Numbered from the stretch's first letter, positions 27,467 to 37,113 are shown. The stretch is DNA of 37,368 nt from Candidatus Limnocylindrales bacterium (GCA_035559535.1 DATMBG010000006.1:124001-161368); one strand, 5' to 3'. Program-made: numbers and translations. Notes: generated by a model not told the origin, from the letters alone.

Positions 27467-27877
27467 ATGGCAACGAATTACAATCCACAGGGCCCAGAAA
27501 AAGAGAATACAAACCCGGCAGGGTCTACGGGGGAAGCCGGAAATAAGCAGGGTAGCTATATAAAAAAGGCTCAGGAAACCATGGAAGAAATTAAAGAGCG
27601 CGTGGGGGAGCAAGTGGCTACCGTGAAAGATCAGGTCGAAGAACAGATGGTCAAAATAAAGGACCGGGTTGAAGAAACCTATGAAGCCGGAAAAGTCAAA
27701 GTGGGGGAAATGGTGGAGGGGGTTAAAAAGAACCTCCCTGAGATACGAGACTGGAGTCTTGAAAAAATTTACAATGATTCCATTGCCTACGTAAAAGCTA
27801 ACCCCGATAAAGGCTTGCTCATTTCCTTGGTGGCCGGCTTTGTCTTAGGCTTGATTTTCAGACGTAAGCAGACGTAA
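27467..27877 (+). CDS. DUF883/ElaB/YqjD-like tail-anchored stress protein
   Basis: SD AAGGAGG before ATG 27467, helical repeats, C-terminal YVKANP...LVAGFVLGLIFRRK. Confidence 0.8.
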   Translation: MATNYNPQGPEKENTNPAGSTGEAGNKQGSYIKKAQETMEEIKERVGEQVATVKDQVEEQMVKIKDRVEETYEAGKVKVGEMVEGVKKNLPEIRDWSLEKIYNDSIAYVKANPDKGLLISLVAGFVLGLIFRRKQT

Positions 27878-28031
27878 AAAAATAATTCGTTTTCAGGGAT
27901 AGAAGAAAACGGCTCACAAACTAACCGATCTTTCCTGGTGCTATCTTCATAGACCGCAGGGGAGAATCAATTCCTGACTAACCATCTGGCGTTTTGAAGA
28001 GAGCACCAGGAAGCCGGAGGGAGGTATAAGA

Positions 28032-28460
28032 ATGGACGAAAAAGACTATCGAACCGATACGGAAGTTTTGAAAGCGAGTTTAAAACAATCTATCGAAGAC
28101 ACTAAAGAAAATATTTCCCACACTGTGGAAGCCATAGCCAGTGAAGTTAAAGAAAGTCTGGATTGGCGATCTTGGGTACGTAAATATCCCGTGGGATTTG
28201 CCCTGGGAGCCATGGCCGTGGGCTACTGGATTGGGAAAGAATTTACCCCTTCAGCTCCGGCACATCTTTCCTCAGAAGCCAAAAAGGATATCAACCAAAT
28301 TCCCAATATTGTGGGAAGTATTCTGGCCGGTCTTCTGATAAAGAAAGCAACGGAATTTATCGAAGGATTAAGTACTTCCACACCTTCTGACCGGGAACAA
28401 ACTGCTACCTTCTCCAGGCAGTCGACCGACAACACTCCATCGACCGGAAAGACGCTTTAA
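28032..28460 (+). CDS. DUF3618-like protein
   Basis: SD GGAGGT; IEDTKENISHTVEAI...DWRSWVRKYP...AMAVGYWIG. Confidence 0.7.
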   Translation: MDEKDYRTDTEVLKASLKQSIEDTKENISHTVEAIASEVKESLDWRSWVRKYPVGFALGAMAVGYWIGKEFTPSAPAHLSSEAKKDINQIPNIVGSILAGLLIKKATEFIEGLSTSTPSDREQTATFSRQSTDNTPSTGKTL

Positions 28461-28667
28461 TTTTTTATATTCTCTCTGGCTACTGCATAGTATGGAGAGG
28501 ATTTTTATTTTCTTCTTCTGACTTTTTATCTTGATGTATAAGGGAAGAATCTTTCCAGGGGTTTTGTCGAAAAACAGGTATTTAGCGAAGGGTAAAGTAG
28601 AAAATAGCAAATGGTGGCCTGGGTCTATTTGATCTAAAAAGGTAGTTCAGGAGGAAAAAAGAATTCT

Positions 28668-29717
28668 ATGTCTGGAGAGAAAAAGACTTTTTCTGAAGCT
28701 TCTGGAGAAAACTGGTCCGAAGAGCGAGAAAAATTATTACAGAGGAAGATTAGTGAGTTGGGACTAAAACTGGAAGGGACCCGTTTAGAAAAACTTGTGG
28801 AGTGTTTATATCAGGAACTGGAAGTAGCAGGCATTCGATTTAAACCAAAAGTTTATCTTTCTGAAGAATGGGGCTGCCCTGAAGGAATTCCAGTCATTGG
28901 TATTCCCTTTTACCTGGCCGATGAAAAACTCTCTCGAATTGCAGATGAAATCCTGGAAGGCATTGAGGGGGAGACCGATGAAGAGATTTTAAGTTATTTA
29001 CGCCATGAAGCCGGACATGCCTTCAATTATGCATATAAATTATACGAGACCGAAGAGTGGCATGAACTTTTCGGTCCTTATTCCCGCCCTTATCGCGAGG
29101 ATTACCAACCCAATCCCTTCTCCCGTAACTTCGTTCGTCATCTCCCCGGTTGGTATGCACAAAAACATCCCGATGAGGATTTTGCCGAAACCTTTGCCGT
29201 TTGGCTTACCCCAGACTCTAATTGGCGAGAATTCTACAAAGACTGGGGATGCTATAAAAAGCTTTTGTATGTGGATAGGATAGTCCAAAAGCTAGGCCAG
29301 ACCGAACCGTTGGTTACAGCGGATAAATACGATATTACCAAGGAAGATTTAAATTACTCCATTGCCGATCATTACAAAATGTTCCTTTCGGAGACAGTTG
29401 AAGTACCGGCCTATTTCGATGGGGACTTGAAAGATATTTTCGAGAGGAAAGTGCCCCAGAACGCTAAAGACGAATGGCAGTCGGCCCATCAATTTTTAAC
29501 CAGGTATCGCCGCCAAATCGTTGGCAATATCACCTATTGGACAGGGCTCAATGAAACGGTGGTACGGTCTCTCATTAATCACTTTATCGATCGCTGTAAA
29601 CTTTTGGGACTCTGGGTTAAGCTAAGTAAGAGTTCTGAGGTTTTGATGGAAATAACCGCTTATGCGACTACCCTTTGTATGAATAAGTTGTACAAAGGTG
29701 ATTTTATTATTAAGTAA
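28668..29717 (+). CDS. Putative zinc-binding metallopeptidase (zincin, Peptidase_Mx-like)
   Basis: LRHEAGHA (HExxH) and downstream YAQKHPDEDFAETFAVWL; SD GGAGG. Confidence 0.8.
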   Translation: MSGEKKTFSEASGENWSEEREKLLQRKISELGLKLEGTRLEKLVECLYQELEVAGIRFKPKVYLSEEWGCPEGIPVIGIPFYLADEKLSRIADEILEGIEGETDEEILSYLRHEAGHAFNYAYKLYETEEWHELFGPYSRPYREDYQPNPFSRNFVRHLPGWYAQKHPDEDFAETFAVWLTPDSNWREFYKDWGCYKKLLYVDRIVQKLGQTEPLVTADKYDITKEDLNYSIADHYKMFLSETVEVPAYFDGDLKDIFERKVPQNAKDEWQSAHQFLTRYRRQIVGNITYWTGLNETVVRSLINHFIDRCKLLGLWVKLSKSSEVLMEITAYATTLCMNKLYKGDFIIK

Positions 29718-29761
29718 TTTCCTTTAACCTTATCGAGGGAATTATCAAAGGAGACCTCAAC

Positions 29762-30910
29762 ATGGAAAAACTAAAAATTACTATTCTTTACGATGCCATC
29801 GAAGACAAAGAAAAGGCAGAAGCTGAAGAGAAAGGTGAAAAGTTACCCTTGGTTTATGAACAGGTTGCACAGGTACTCACCAAACGCGGACATGAAGTTA
29901 ATCTTTTGGCTGCTGGGCCTAAAATCAGAAACTTAGTTTCTCAGATAGACAAGGATGATAGTGATATTATCTTTAACCTATGTGAGTCTCTGGGAGGGAT
30001 CAGCCAACATGAACAAAATGTAGCCTCCTTACTGGAGTTACTGGACAAAAAATTTACAGGCTCCAGCTCTATAGGTTTAGCCCTTGCACAAGATAAAGCC
30101 TTGGCCAAAAAGTTATTTAGTTTCCATGGAATTAAGTATCCAAAATTTTCGGTGATCGATGAAGGTCAGGTAGATTGGTCAGACGATTTGGAATTTCCAC
30201 TTTTTATCAAGCCACTTAATCAAGACGCTTCCATTGGGATCGATGATAGAGCGATCGTTCATAATGTCAAAGAGTTAATGGAACGAATTTCCTATATTCA
30301 AACCGAGTTTAAAACACCAGCTTTGATCGAAGAATTTATTGAAGGGCGTGAAATTTATGTTGGGATATTGGGTAATGAAAAACCGGAAGCCTTACCGATT
30401 GTAGAATGGGATTTTTCCAGGGTCCCGGATGGGGTACCCAAGATTGCTTCGGCGGAGGCGAAATGGGATGAGGACTCAGAAGCCTATAAAGATGCTCCCT
30501 CTATTTTTCCGGAAGATATTCCCGAGCCGGTGTATAAGAAGATTCAAGAAACGGCTATTACCGCCTTTAAGGCACTTAAATTGCGGGATTATGGTCGGGT
30601 GGATATGCGCTTAAGACAAATTAAACCCTCCCGATCCAAATCCAAAAGTGAATCGAATCCGGAGACAGACGGAAAAACGGCAGAGAAATCCCCTTCGGCA
30701 AAACCCACTAAAGCTGAAGAAAAGGAAGGTAAAAAATCGGCTCAGTACCAGGAAGAGGTAGAGGATTGGGAATTTTATATCATCGAGGTTAATCCCAATC
30801 CTCACCTTGCCAGAAATAGTGAACTTGCCCTGGCTGCTAGAAAGCATGGACTGACTTATCCCAATTTAATCGAAAAAATCATTGAACTGGCTCTGGCTCG
30901 AAGTAAGTAG
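29762..30910 (+). CDS. ATP-grasp ligase, D-Ala-D-Ala-ligase-like but non-canonical
   Basis: FNLCE, FTGS...QDK, FPLFIKP...DASIGI, EEFIEGRE, RDYGRVDMR, IEVNPNP. Lacks the Ddl GGxSxEHEVS motif. Confidence 0.85.
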   Translation: MEKLKITILYDAIEDKEKAEAEEKGEKLPLVYEQVAQVLTKRGHEVNLLAAGPKIRNLVSQIDKDDSDIIFNLCESLGGISQHEQNVASLLELLDKKFTGSSSIGLALAQDKALAKKLFSFHGIKYPKFSVIDEGQVDWSDDLEFPLFIKPLNQDASIGIDDRAIVHNVKELMERISYIQTEFKTPALIEEFIEGREIYVGILGNEKPEALPIVEWDFSRVPDGVPKIASAEAKWDEDSEAYKDAPSIFPEDIPEPVYKKIQETAITAFKALKLRDYGRVDMRLRQIKPSRSKSKSESNPETDGKTAEKSPSAKPTKAEEKEGKKSAQYQEEVEDWEFYIIEVNPNPHLARNSELALAARKHGLTYPNLIEKIIELALARSK

Positions 30911-30938
30911 TATTTTGTTTTGCTTAATTTTTAAGCGA

Positions 30939-30991
30939 CCCTCACCTCCGGCCCCTCTCCCACGCCGTGGGAGAGGGGCCGGAGGTGAGGG
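30939..30991. repeat. Perfect 25-bp inverted repeat (REP-like)
   Basis: CCCTCACCTCCGGCCCCTCTCCCAC-GCC-GTGGGAGAGGGGCCGGAGGTGAGGG. Confidence 0.85.
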
Positions 30992-31053
30992 GGAATCTCA
31001 CAGGCATTAACTTTACAAACTAGTAGAAAGGAGAAGACTCCTAAGGTAAGAAG

Positions 31054-33225
31054 ATGAATGAAAAAAAAGTAGCGAAAACTCAGGAGACTTATCGTACTAT
31101 CCAGCAATGGCCGGGGAATCCGTACCCCCTGGGAGCAACCTGGGATGGAGCTGGGGTCAACTTTGCACTCTTTTCAGAGAATGCGACCGGGGTCGAATTA
31201 TGCCTGTTTGATACCCAGGATGCGAAGCAAGAGGTGGCGCGAATCCCAATGAAGGAGCAGACAGACCAGGTCTGGCATGTTTATCTGCCTGAAGCACGAC
31301 CAGGACAGCTCTACGGTTATAGGGTCTATGGCCCCTACGAACCTAAACAGGGGCATCGGTTCAATCCTTCTAAACTCCTGCTGGATCCATATGCCAAAGC
31401 CATTGCCGGGACCATTCAGTGGAGTGATGCTCTATTTGGCTATACTATCGGACATCCCGATGCTGACCTTTCTAAGGATGAACGTGATAGTGCTGGGGGA
31501 GTGCCCAAGTGTGTTGTGATAGATCCGGCCTTTAGTTGGGGCCATGATGTACCTCTCCGAATTCCCTGGCATAAAACGGTTATCTATGAAATGCATGTAA
31601 AGGGGTTTACAGCCAGACATCCCGATGTACCCGAAGAGTTGCGAGGAACCTATGCAGGTTTAACCTGTCCGGCTGTGATCGACTACTTGTGTGCCTTAGG
31701 AATTACCGCCGTGGAATTGATGCCGGTCCATCAATTTGTAGCAGAGAAGCATCTGGTGGATCGCGGACTGACAAACTATTGGGGATATAATTCAATCGGT
31801 TTCTTTGCACCGGATGCACGGTATTCCAGTAGTGGGGTCTTGGGCCAGCAGGTAACGGAGTTTAAAACCATGATTAAAACCTTTCACCGGGCAGGAATTG
31901 AGGTAATTCTGGATGTAGTCTATAATCATACTGGAGAGGGCAACCACCTGGGACCTACGCTCTGCTTTCGAGGAATCGATAATGCCGCTTATTATAACCT
32001 GGTAGTCCAGGATCGGCGCTACTATATGGATTATACCGGTACGGGTAATACCTTTAATATGAATCATCCCCGTGTGCTCCAGCTCATCATGGATAGCTTA
32101 CGTTACTGGGTGCTTGAAATGCATGTGGATGGATTCCGGTTTGATTTGGCCTCCACATTGGCCCGGGAACTTTATGAGGTCAATCGGCTGGCCTCTTTCT
32201 TCGATATTATCCATCAAGACCCTGTGTTATCCCAGGTAAAACTCATTGCCGAACCCTGGGATCTGAGTGAAGGTGGTTATCAGGTTGGAAACTTTCCGGT
32301 CCTCTGGGCAGAATGGAACGGTAAATATCGGGATAATGTTCGACGTTATTGGAAGGGAGATAGTGGACAAATTAATGAGCTGGCCTATCGGTTAACAGGA
32401 AGTAGTGACCTCTACGAGCGAAGCGGACGGCGACCCTATGCAAGCATTAATTTCGTAACAGCCCATGATGGATTTACCCTGCGGGATCTGGTCAGTTACA
32501 ACGAAAAGCATAATGAGGCCAATGGAGAAGACAACCGGGATGGAGTCAATGATAACTTGAGCTGGAATTGCGGAGTGGAAGGACCTACCGATGACCCTTC
32601 TATCCTCACCTTACGGGCACGCCAGCAGCGTAACCTCGTGGCAACCCTGTTTTTATCTCAAGGGGTACCGATGCTTCTGGCAGGGGATGAAATAGGACAT
32701 ACGCAGCAAGGAAACAATAACCCCTACTGCCAGGATAATGAAATTACCTGGTTAAATTGGGACCTCGACGAACCCCGACAGAAGTTGTTGGACTTTACCC
32801 GCTTTGTCATCCAACTGTCTCAACAACAACCGGTTTTACAACGTCAAAAATTTTTCCAAGGACGAGAAATCCGTGGCTCTGAAATTAAAGACTTGACCTG
32901 GTTCAGGCCTGATGGTAAGGAAATGACCCACGAGGATTGGAACAATCCTGAAGCTCGCTGCCTTGGACTCCGTCTGGCCGGTGACGCTATAGATGAGGTA
33001 GATCCTCGGGGGCATCCCATCGTAGGAGATACCTTACTGATTCTCCTGAATGCCCACTACGAACCGGTTCCCTTTGTATTACCTGACCACGAGAAGGTAC
33101 GCTGGAAACTCCTCCTTGATACCCGAGAAGAGACCGGAAGACGACCCGATACGGAGATCCCAGGGGGAGAAACTTATCAGCTAGAAGCACGTTCTTTGGC
33201 ATTATTCCGTCTGATACGCGACTAG
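31054..33225 (+). CDS. glgX: Glycogen debranching enzyme (isoamylase)
   Basis: [70 protein letters not shown]. Confidence 0.97.
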   Translation: MNEKKVAKTQETYRTIQQWPGNPYPLGATWDGAGVNFALFSENATGVELCLFDTQDAKQEVARIPMKEQTDQVWHVYLPEARPGQLYGYRVYGPYEPKQGHRFNPSKLLLDPYAKAIAGTIQWSDALFGYTIGHPDADLSKDERDSAGGVPKCVVIDPAFSWGHDVPLRIPWHKTVIYEMHVKGFTARHPDVPEELRGTYAGLTCPAVIDYLCALGITAVELMPVHQFVAEKHLVDRGLTNYWGYNSIGFFAPDARYSSSGVLGQQVTEFKTMIKTFHRAGIEVILDVVYNHTGEGNHLGPTLCFRGIDNAAYYNLVVQDRRYYMDYTGTGNTFNMNHPRVLQLIMDSLRYWVLEMHVDGFRFDLASTLARELYEVNRLASFFDIIHQDPVLSQVKLIAEPWDLSEGGYQVGNFPVLWAEWNGKYRDNVRRYWKGDSGQINELAYRLTGSSDLYERSGRRPYASINFVTAHDGFTLRDLVSYNEKHNEANGEDNRDGVNDNLSWNCGVEGPTDDPSILTLRARQQRNLVATLFLSQGVPMLLAGDEIGHTQQGNNNPYCQDNEITWLNWDLDEPRQKLLDFTRFVIQLSQQQPVLQRQKFFQGREIRGSEIKDLTWFRPDGKEMTHEDWNNPEARCLGLRLAGDAIDEVDPRGHPIVGDTLLILLNAHYEPVPFVLPDHEKVRWKLLLDTREETGRRPDTEIPGGETYQLEARSLALFRLIRD

Positions 33226-33290
33226 CTTGTCTATATAGCTGCAAGGATCTCAAAGATCCCCCTAATTCAGTTTTCTTTAACCTCAATTTA

Positions 33291-36182
33291 TCAACTTTGC
33301 CCACCCGGAAGGTTTATTTGAATCTTCTCTCTTAAACCAGGAGTGGGGTTTATTTTAACCCCATCCTGGACTTCCCTTAAATCTAAAGTTTCGGTAACAG
33401 AGAGAGGCTGCTCGATTTCATCTCCCCGGTACTCAAGGCTCATGATAAGGATGTCATCACTCAATTGATTACCCGAATAATTTAGAATACCTTGCAGTAC
33501 TTCTTTAAGGAAGTCCGGCCCTTTGAGATAAGAGGCGTTTTTAATCAGTTGGATGATTCCCTTATTTCCTAAAAGCTCGCCTCCTTTGTTCATGACCTCG
33601 ACAGTTCCCTCGGTATAAAAAACAAGACGATCCCCAGGAAGAAGGTTCAGGGAAGTCGAAGGCTGGTATACATGATCCGGTTCACTGAACAGAGGTGGCT
33701 CCTGGGGAAGTTGGATAAACTCCGTAGAAGACCCTCGGAGTAAAACAGAGCCTGGAGAACCGGCACATCCAAGCTCTAGCTTCTTGAGGTTCGGATTGAA
33801 GAGGGCCACCATTGCACTCACAAACTGTCCTGGTTGTGCCATCGGTTTCAGGTCTCGATTGATAGTTGTGAAAAACTCTTGCGGTTTTGTTAAGGATGGC
33901 AGGGCCTGGAAAAACAACGTCTTTACCATGGTAGCCAGTAACACGGCTGAGGGACTTTGATCTACTACATCGGCAAGAAACAGTACCACCGATCCATTTT
34001 CACGTACCTTTATATCTGCTATATAACCGCCAACTTCACTCAAAGGCTGGCAGATATGATAAGTCGCATAGGTTGGACCTTCTTGCGGACCGGTCGGCAA
34101 CAGATATTGCTGGATAGCCGGGAGGGGTAAGAAATTGTACTGGTTCAGGGGATTCTCTTCCTTTATTGGGTCCGAAGAGTTCGGGCGATTAGGATTATCC
34201 GGTTGTTCTTTTTCATTTGAGGGAGAAGTAGAGGATGTTTTCTCCTCCCCGGTCGACAGAGGGGCTGGAATACTCTTCATAGGATCGGCATCTGGTAAAA
34301 CGCTAGGCTTTTGTTTGGCCAGCAGGATAGATTCATTCAGTTGTCGGATCTGTTCGATGGCTTCCGAGAGAGTCGTAACCACTTGATCGGCCTGGGCACC
34401 CCGAAGACGCGCTTTAGCCTTTTCGATATCTCCTTTAGCATGCCATAGACCTACAAGAATTTTAACCTCTGGAAAACGGTTACGTAATCGCTTGCAAAGA
34501 TAACTGGCATGGGCTACGGTGGAGGGGGGTAAAGCAGAAATACAGATAATATCCGGTCTCTGCTTCGAAATCTGCTCTAATAATTCCCCGGTCAGTAAAG
34601 CTGCCGAGAGAACCTCTACCGGATATCCATTCCGTCTTAATAATTGTGCCAACATCATGCTGGTAATCTGATCCGCTTCGTCCCGGGCAGGTATAACGCA
34701 GATTTTCGATCCTGGAGAGGCTAAAACCCGTTCTACGGAATCCTCTATGTTATCATTTGGTTTGGTGGGTATAACCGCCTGATGGTCAAATTGTTCATTC
34801 AGTTCTTGAATTAATTCCCTGGTGCTTTCAAAGATGAACTTTTCTCGGGCCTCATCGAGATCTCCTTCATGACGATCCTGCTCGACCATTATAAGAGCCG
34901 GAACCAGAACTTCATCATAAAGGGCTTCCAGGGGCTTCTCTTTGAGATACTCTTCGGCCACTTCTGTGGCTTCTGCCTGATCTAAAGCCAAAAGGCGTTG
35001 ATAAAAACGAGCTTCTGGAGTTAAAACCGGTTCATCACTGAGTAAAACATTTAAAAATTCTAAATTCGGGACATATCTTCCTATAACAGCAATGCAAACG
35101 GTCAAAGGAGTAGCCAGAAGAAGACCCACTGTACCCCACAACCAGGTCCAAAACACGGCCGCTACAAGAATGGCTATGGTAGAGAGACCTGTACTCGCAC
35201 CGTATAACCAGGGTTCGATTACGTTATTGCTGATCAACTCAACGATAATAAATAACCCTATAGTCCAGAACGCAGGAGCCCAGTTATCAGAAATGGCCAG
35301 GGATAGGACTAACGGCATGGAGGCAGCGATCCACGGACCTACAAAAGGAATAAACCGTAACACAATGGCCAGCAATCCCCACAAGATAGCGTTTGGAATT
35401 CCAATAAAATAGAGACCAATCCCAATGGGAATCCCATAGGTGGTGTTAACCACTAATTGCATGAGCAGATAACGACTCACCCGGGAACTGGCATCATCGA
35501 TGGCCTGGGTTGTGACATTAAGCCGGCCCTGTCCAATGAGATGGATAAATCGATCTCTTAGATCCTGTCGCTGGATGAGCATAAAAATGGTGAAGACAAT
35601 GACAATTGCCGCAGTTCCCAAAGGAGCAAAGAGGGGACTGAGGAGGTCTCGAAGATATTCCAGTGGATTTAAGGGAGGTGGAACAATTCTGACCGGAATC
35701 GGCTGTTCTGGTCTTGTGTTGTTAGGGACAGGTGAAAATAAGGGGTAGGGCTGTTCCTTAGGCTTTGACTTTTGAGCCTTCTCTAATTCCGAAGAGATTT
35801 CTTCACTGAGCTCTTTAATGCTTTCCGTTGCTTTGCCTAAGCTTCCAGTGGAGGGTTGCTTGAGGGCTTCAACTTTCCTTTTAATGTTTTCTCTATATTC
35901 GGGTAAACGATTCGCCAGGTTCACAATTTGGTTGGTTACAATCCAGGTGAGGGTACCTATCACCATGAAAGAAAGGATCACTACAATAAGTACCGCCGGA
36001 ATGTGGGGAAATCTCCATCGTTCCAGGCGAACCACTAAAGGAGTAAGTAAAAAGCTTAACAGAATAGCCAGAGCTATGGGAATAAGTACTTCTTTTGCAA
36101 AATACAAAACCGCGATGATAATAACAATGGAAAGAAGAGGAGAGACTCTCTGGGAAGCACCCCGGGGGTGAGTACGCACCAT
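33291..36182 (-). CDS. AI-2E family transporter fused to a B12-binding/receiver-like domain and a degenerate SpoIIE-type PP2C domain
   Basis: AI-2E motifs (DLRDRFIHL, LRFIPFVGP, WLWGTVGLLLATPLT), RFYQRLLA, PARDEADQ...; C-terminal GGY...LADV...GDRLVFYTEG...DDILI. Confidence 0.88.
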   Translation of the reverse strand: MVRTHPRGASQRVSPLLSIVIIIAVLYFAKEVLIPIALAILLSFLLTPLVVRLERWRFPHIPAVLIVVILSFMVIGTLTWIVTNQIVNLANRLPEYRENIKRKVEALKQPSTGSLGKATESIKELSEEISSELEKAQKSKPKEQPYPLFSPVPNNTRPEQPIPVRIVPPPLNPLEYLRDLLSPLFAPLGTAAIVIVFTIFMLIQRQDLRDRFIHLIGQGRLNVTTQAIDDASSRVSRYLLMQLVVNTTYGIPIGIGLYFIGIPNAILWGLLAIVLRFIPFVGPWIAASMPLVLSLAISDNWAPAFWTIGLFIIVELISNNVIEPWLYGASTGLSTIAILVAAVFWTWLWGTVGLLLATPLTVCIAVIGRYVPNLEFLNVLLSDEPVLTPEARFYQRLLALDQAEATEVAEEYLKEKPLEALYDEVLVPALIMVEQDRHEGDLDEAREKFIFESTRELIQELNEQFDHQAVIPTKPNDNIEDSVERVLASPGSKICVIPARDEADQITSMMLAQLLRRNGYPVEVLSAALLTGELLEQISKQRPDIICISALPPSTVAHASYLCKRLRNRFPEVKILVGLWHAKGDIEKAKARLRGAQADQVVTTLSEAIEQIRQLNESILLAKQKPSVLPDADPMKSIPAPLSTGEEKTSSTSPSNEKEQPDNPNRPNSSDPIKEENPLNQYNFLPLPAIQQYLLPTGPQEGPTYATYHICQPLSEVGGYIADIKVRENGSVVLFLADVVDQSPSAVLLATMVKTLFFQALPSLTKPQEFFTTINRDLKPMAQPGQFVSAMVALFNPNLKKLELGCAGSPGSVLLRGSSTEFIQLPQEPPLFSEPDHVYQPSTSLNLLPGDRLVFYTEGTVEVMNKGGELLGNKGIIQLIKNASYLKGPDFLKEVLQGILNYSGNQLSDDILIMSLEYRGDEIEQPLSVTETLDLREVQDGVKINPTPGLREKIQINLPGGQS

Positions 36183-36323
36183 CTATAGCCTCCTGTTTGA
36201 GGTTAGAAAGTAGGTAAACCGAATTCTATCCCTCATCAAGAAAAAAAGGGATTAATAAAATCTCCCTTTTTTAGCCATACATATTTTTTAATTGCACGAT
36301 TCGTTTTAACCCATAAGCAAATA

Positions 36324-36340
36324 AGCAAAGGATGTGCCAC
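36324..36340 (-). promoter_or_regulatory. sigma54 promoter of the AI-2E fusion gene
   Basis: Minus strand GTGGCACATCCTTTGCT, essentially the consensus TGGCAC-N5-TTGCW. Confidence 0.8.
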
Positions 36341-36441
36341 TCTGCCGGTACCCACCTCCTAAACTTGCCGTTTCAGGGCAAGGGACCCGACGGTTAGGGA
36401 AAAAGAGGATCCAAATCGACACCGATCCCCCATCGGAAGAG

Positions 36442-36518
36442 GGTAAAAATATACCTCTTCCAGATCTCAGAGTAAAACTTTGAAACCCTATTAAATTCTA
36501 TTAAGGTAACTTTTTACC
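36442..36518. promoter_or_regulatory. Two GGTA-N6-TACC palindromes (candidate enhancer sites)
   Basis: GGTAAAAATATACC 36442..36455 and GGTAACTTTTTACC 36505..36518. Confidence 0.6.
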
Positions 36519-36587
36519 TCCTTCCTATCTTTAATTTTCTTACAGTTTTTTCCATTGGACCACCAGGAATTTCAAAGACCTCTTCTT

Positions 36588-36604
36588 TTGGTATAAACTT
36601 TGCG
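36588..36604 (+). promoter_or_regulatory. sigma54 promoter
   Basis: TTGGTATAAACTTTGCG (GG-N10-GC), upstream of the gene at 36712. Confidence 0.6.
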
Positions 36605-36711
36605 GGATCTGGAGATTAAGAGATCCTAAGTGTAAATTAAAGGTATAACACCTAAAAAGGATTTCCTTTTTATCTAAACAGTAAACTTTTTTATCTAAAA
36701 GGAGGTTTTTC

Positions 36712-36963
36712 ATGAAAGTTCTTTTAGTCATTCTAATCGTCCTATTACTTCTCATCGGCGCTGGAATTGTTTATGTCCGACACAATTCTGATCAAGTTAC
36801 CATTACCATAGATAAGGAAAAAGCTCAAAAGAAAACCGAACAAGTTATTGAAACCGGTAAAGAGGTAGGATCTGAAGCCTTAAAACAGACAGGGAGAGCT
36901 CTGGAAAAGGCTGGAGAGAAATTGGATAGCGGAAAGACCGAATCAAACCCCCAAAGACGGTAG
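36712..36963 (+). CDS. Small membrane-anchored hypothetical protein
   Basis: SD AAGGAGGT, N-terminal hydrophobic helix, charged helical tail. Confidence 0.75.
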   Translation: MKVLLVILIVLLLLIGAGIVYVRHNSDQVTITIDKEKAQKKTEQVIETGKEVGSEALKQTGRALEKAGEKLDSGKTESNPQRR

Positions 36964-37113
36964 TGTGATGTAATCCTTGGTAGCCTGCGGACAGACACAG
37001 ATGAAGAAAGGTTTAAGAATGAGTAGCTCGATAGATGGGGGTTATGGAGTTCTCCGAGAGAATGGTTCGGATGTTAAGGATTTTTTTTGAAATAAAGTAA
37101 AGAGGATAAAACT

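Noticed and set aside
29762-30910. Calling this gene ddl
   Set aside because: It lacks the D-Ala-binding N-terminal motif and canonical omega loop, and has no dcw cluster context.
31001-31017. sigma54 promoter for glgX (CAGGCATTAACTTTACA)
   Set aside because: It has AC instead of the conserved GC at -12.
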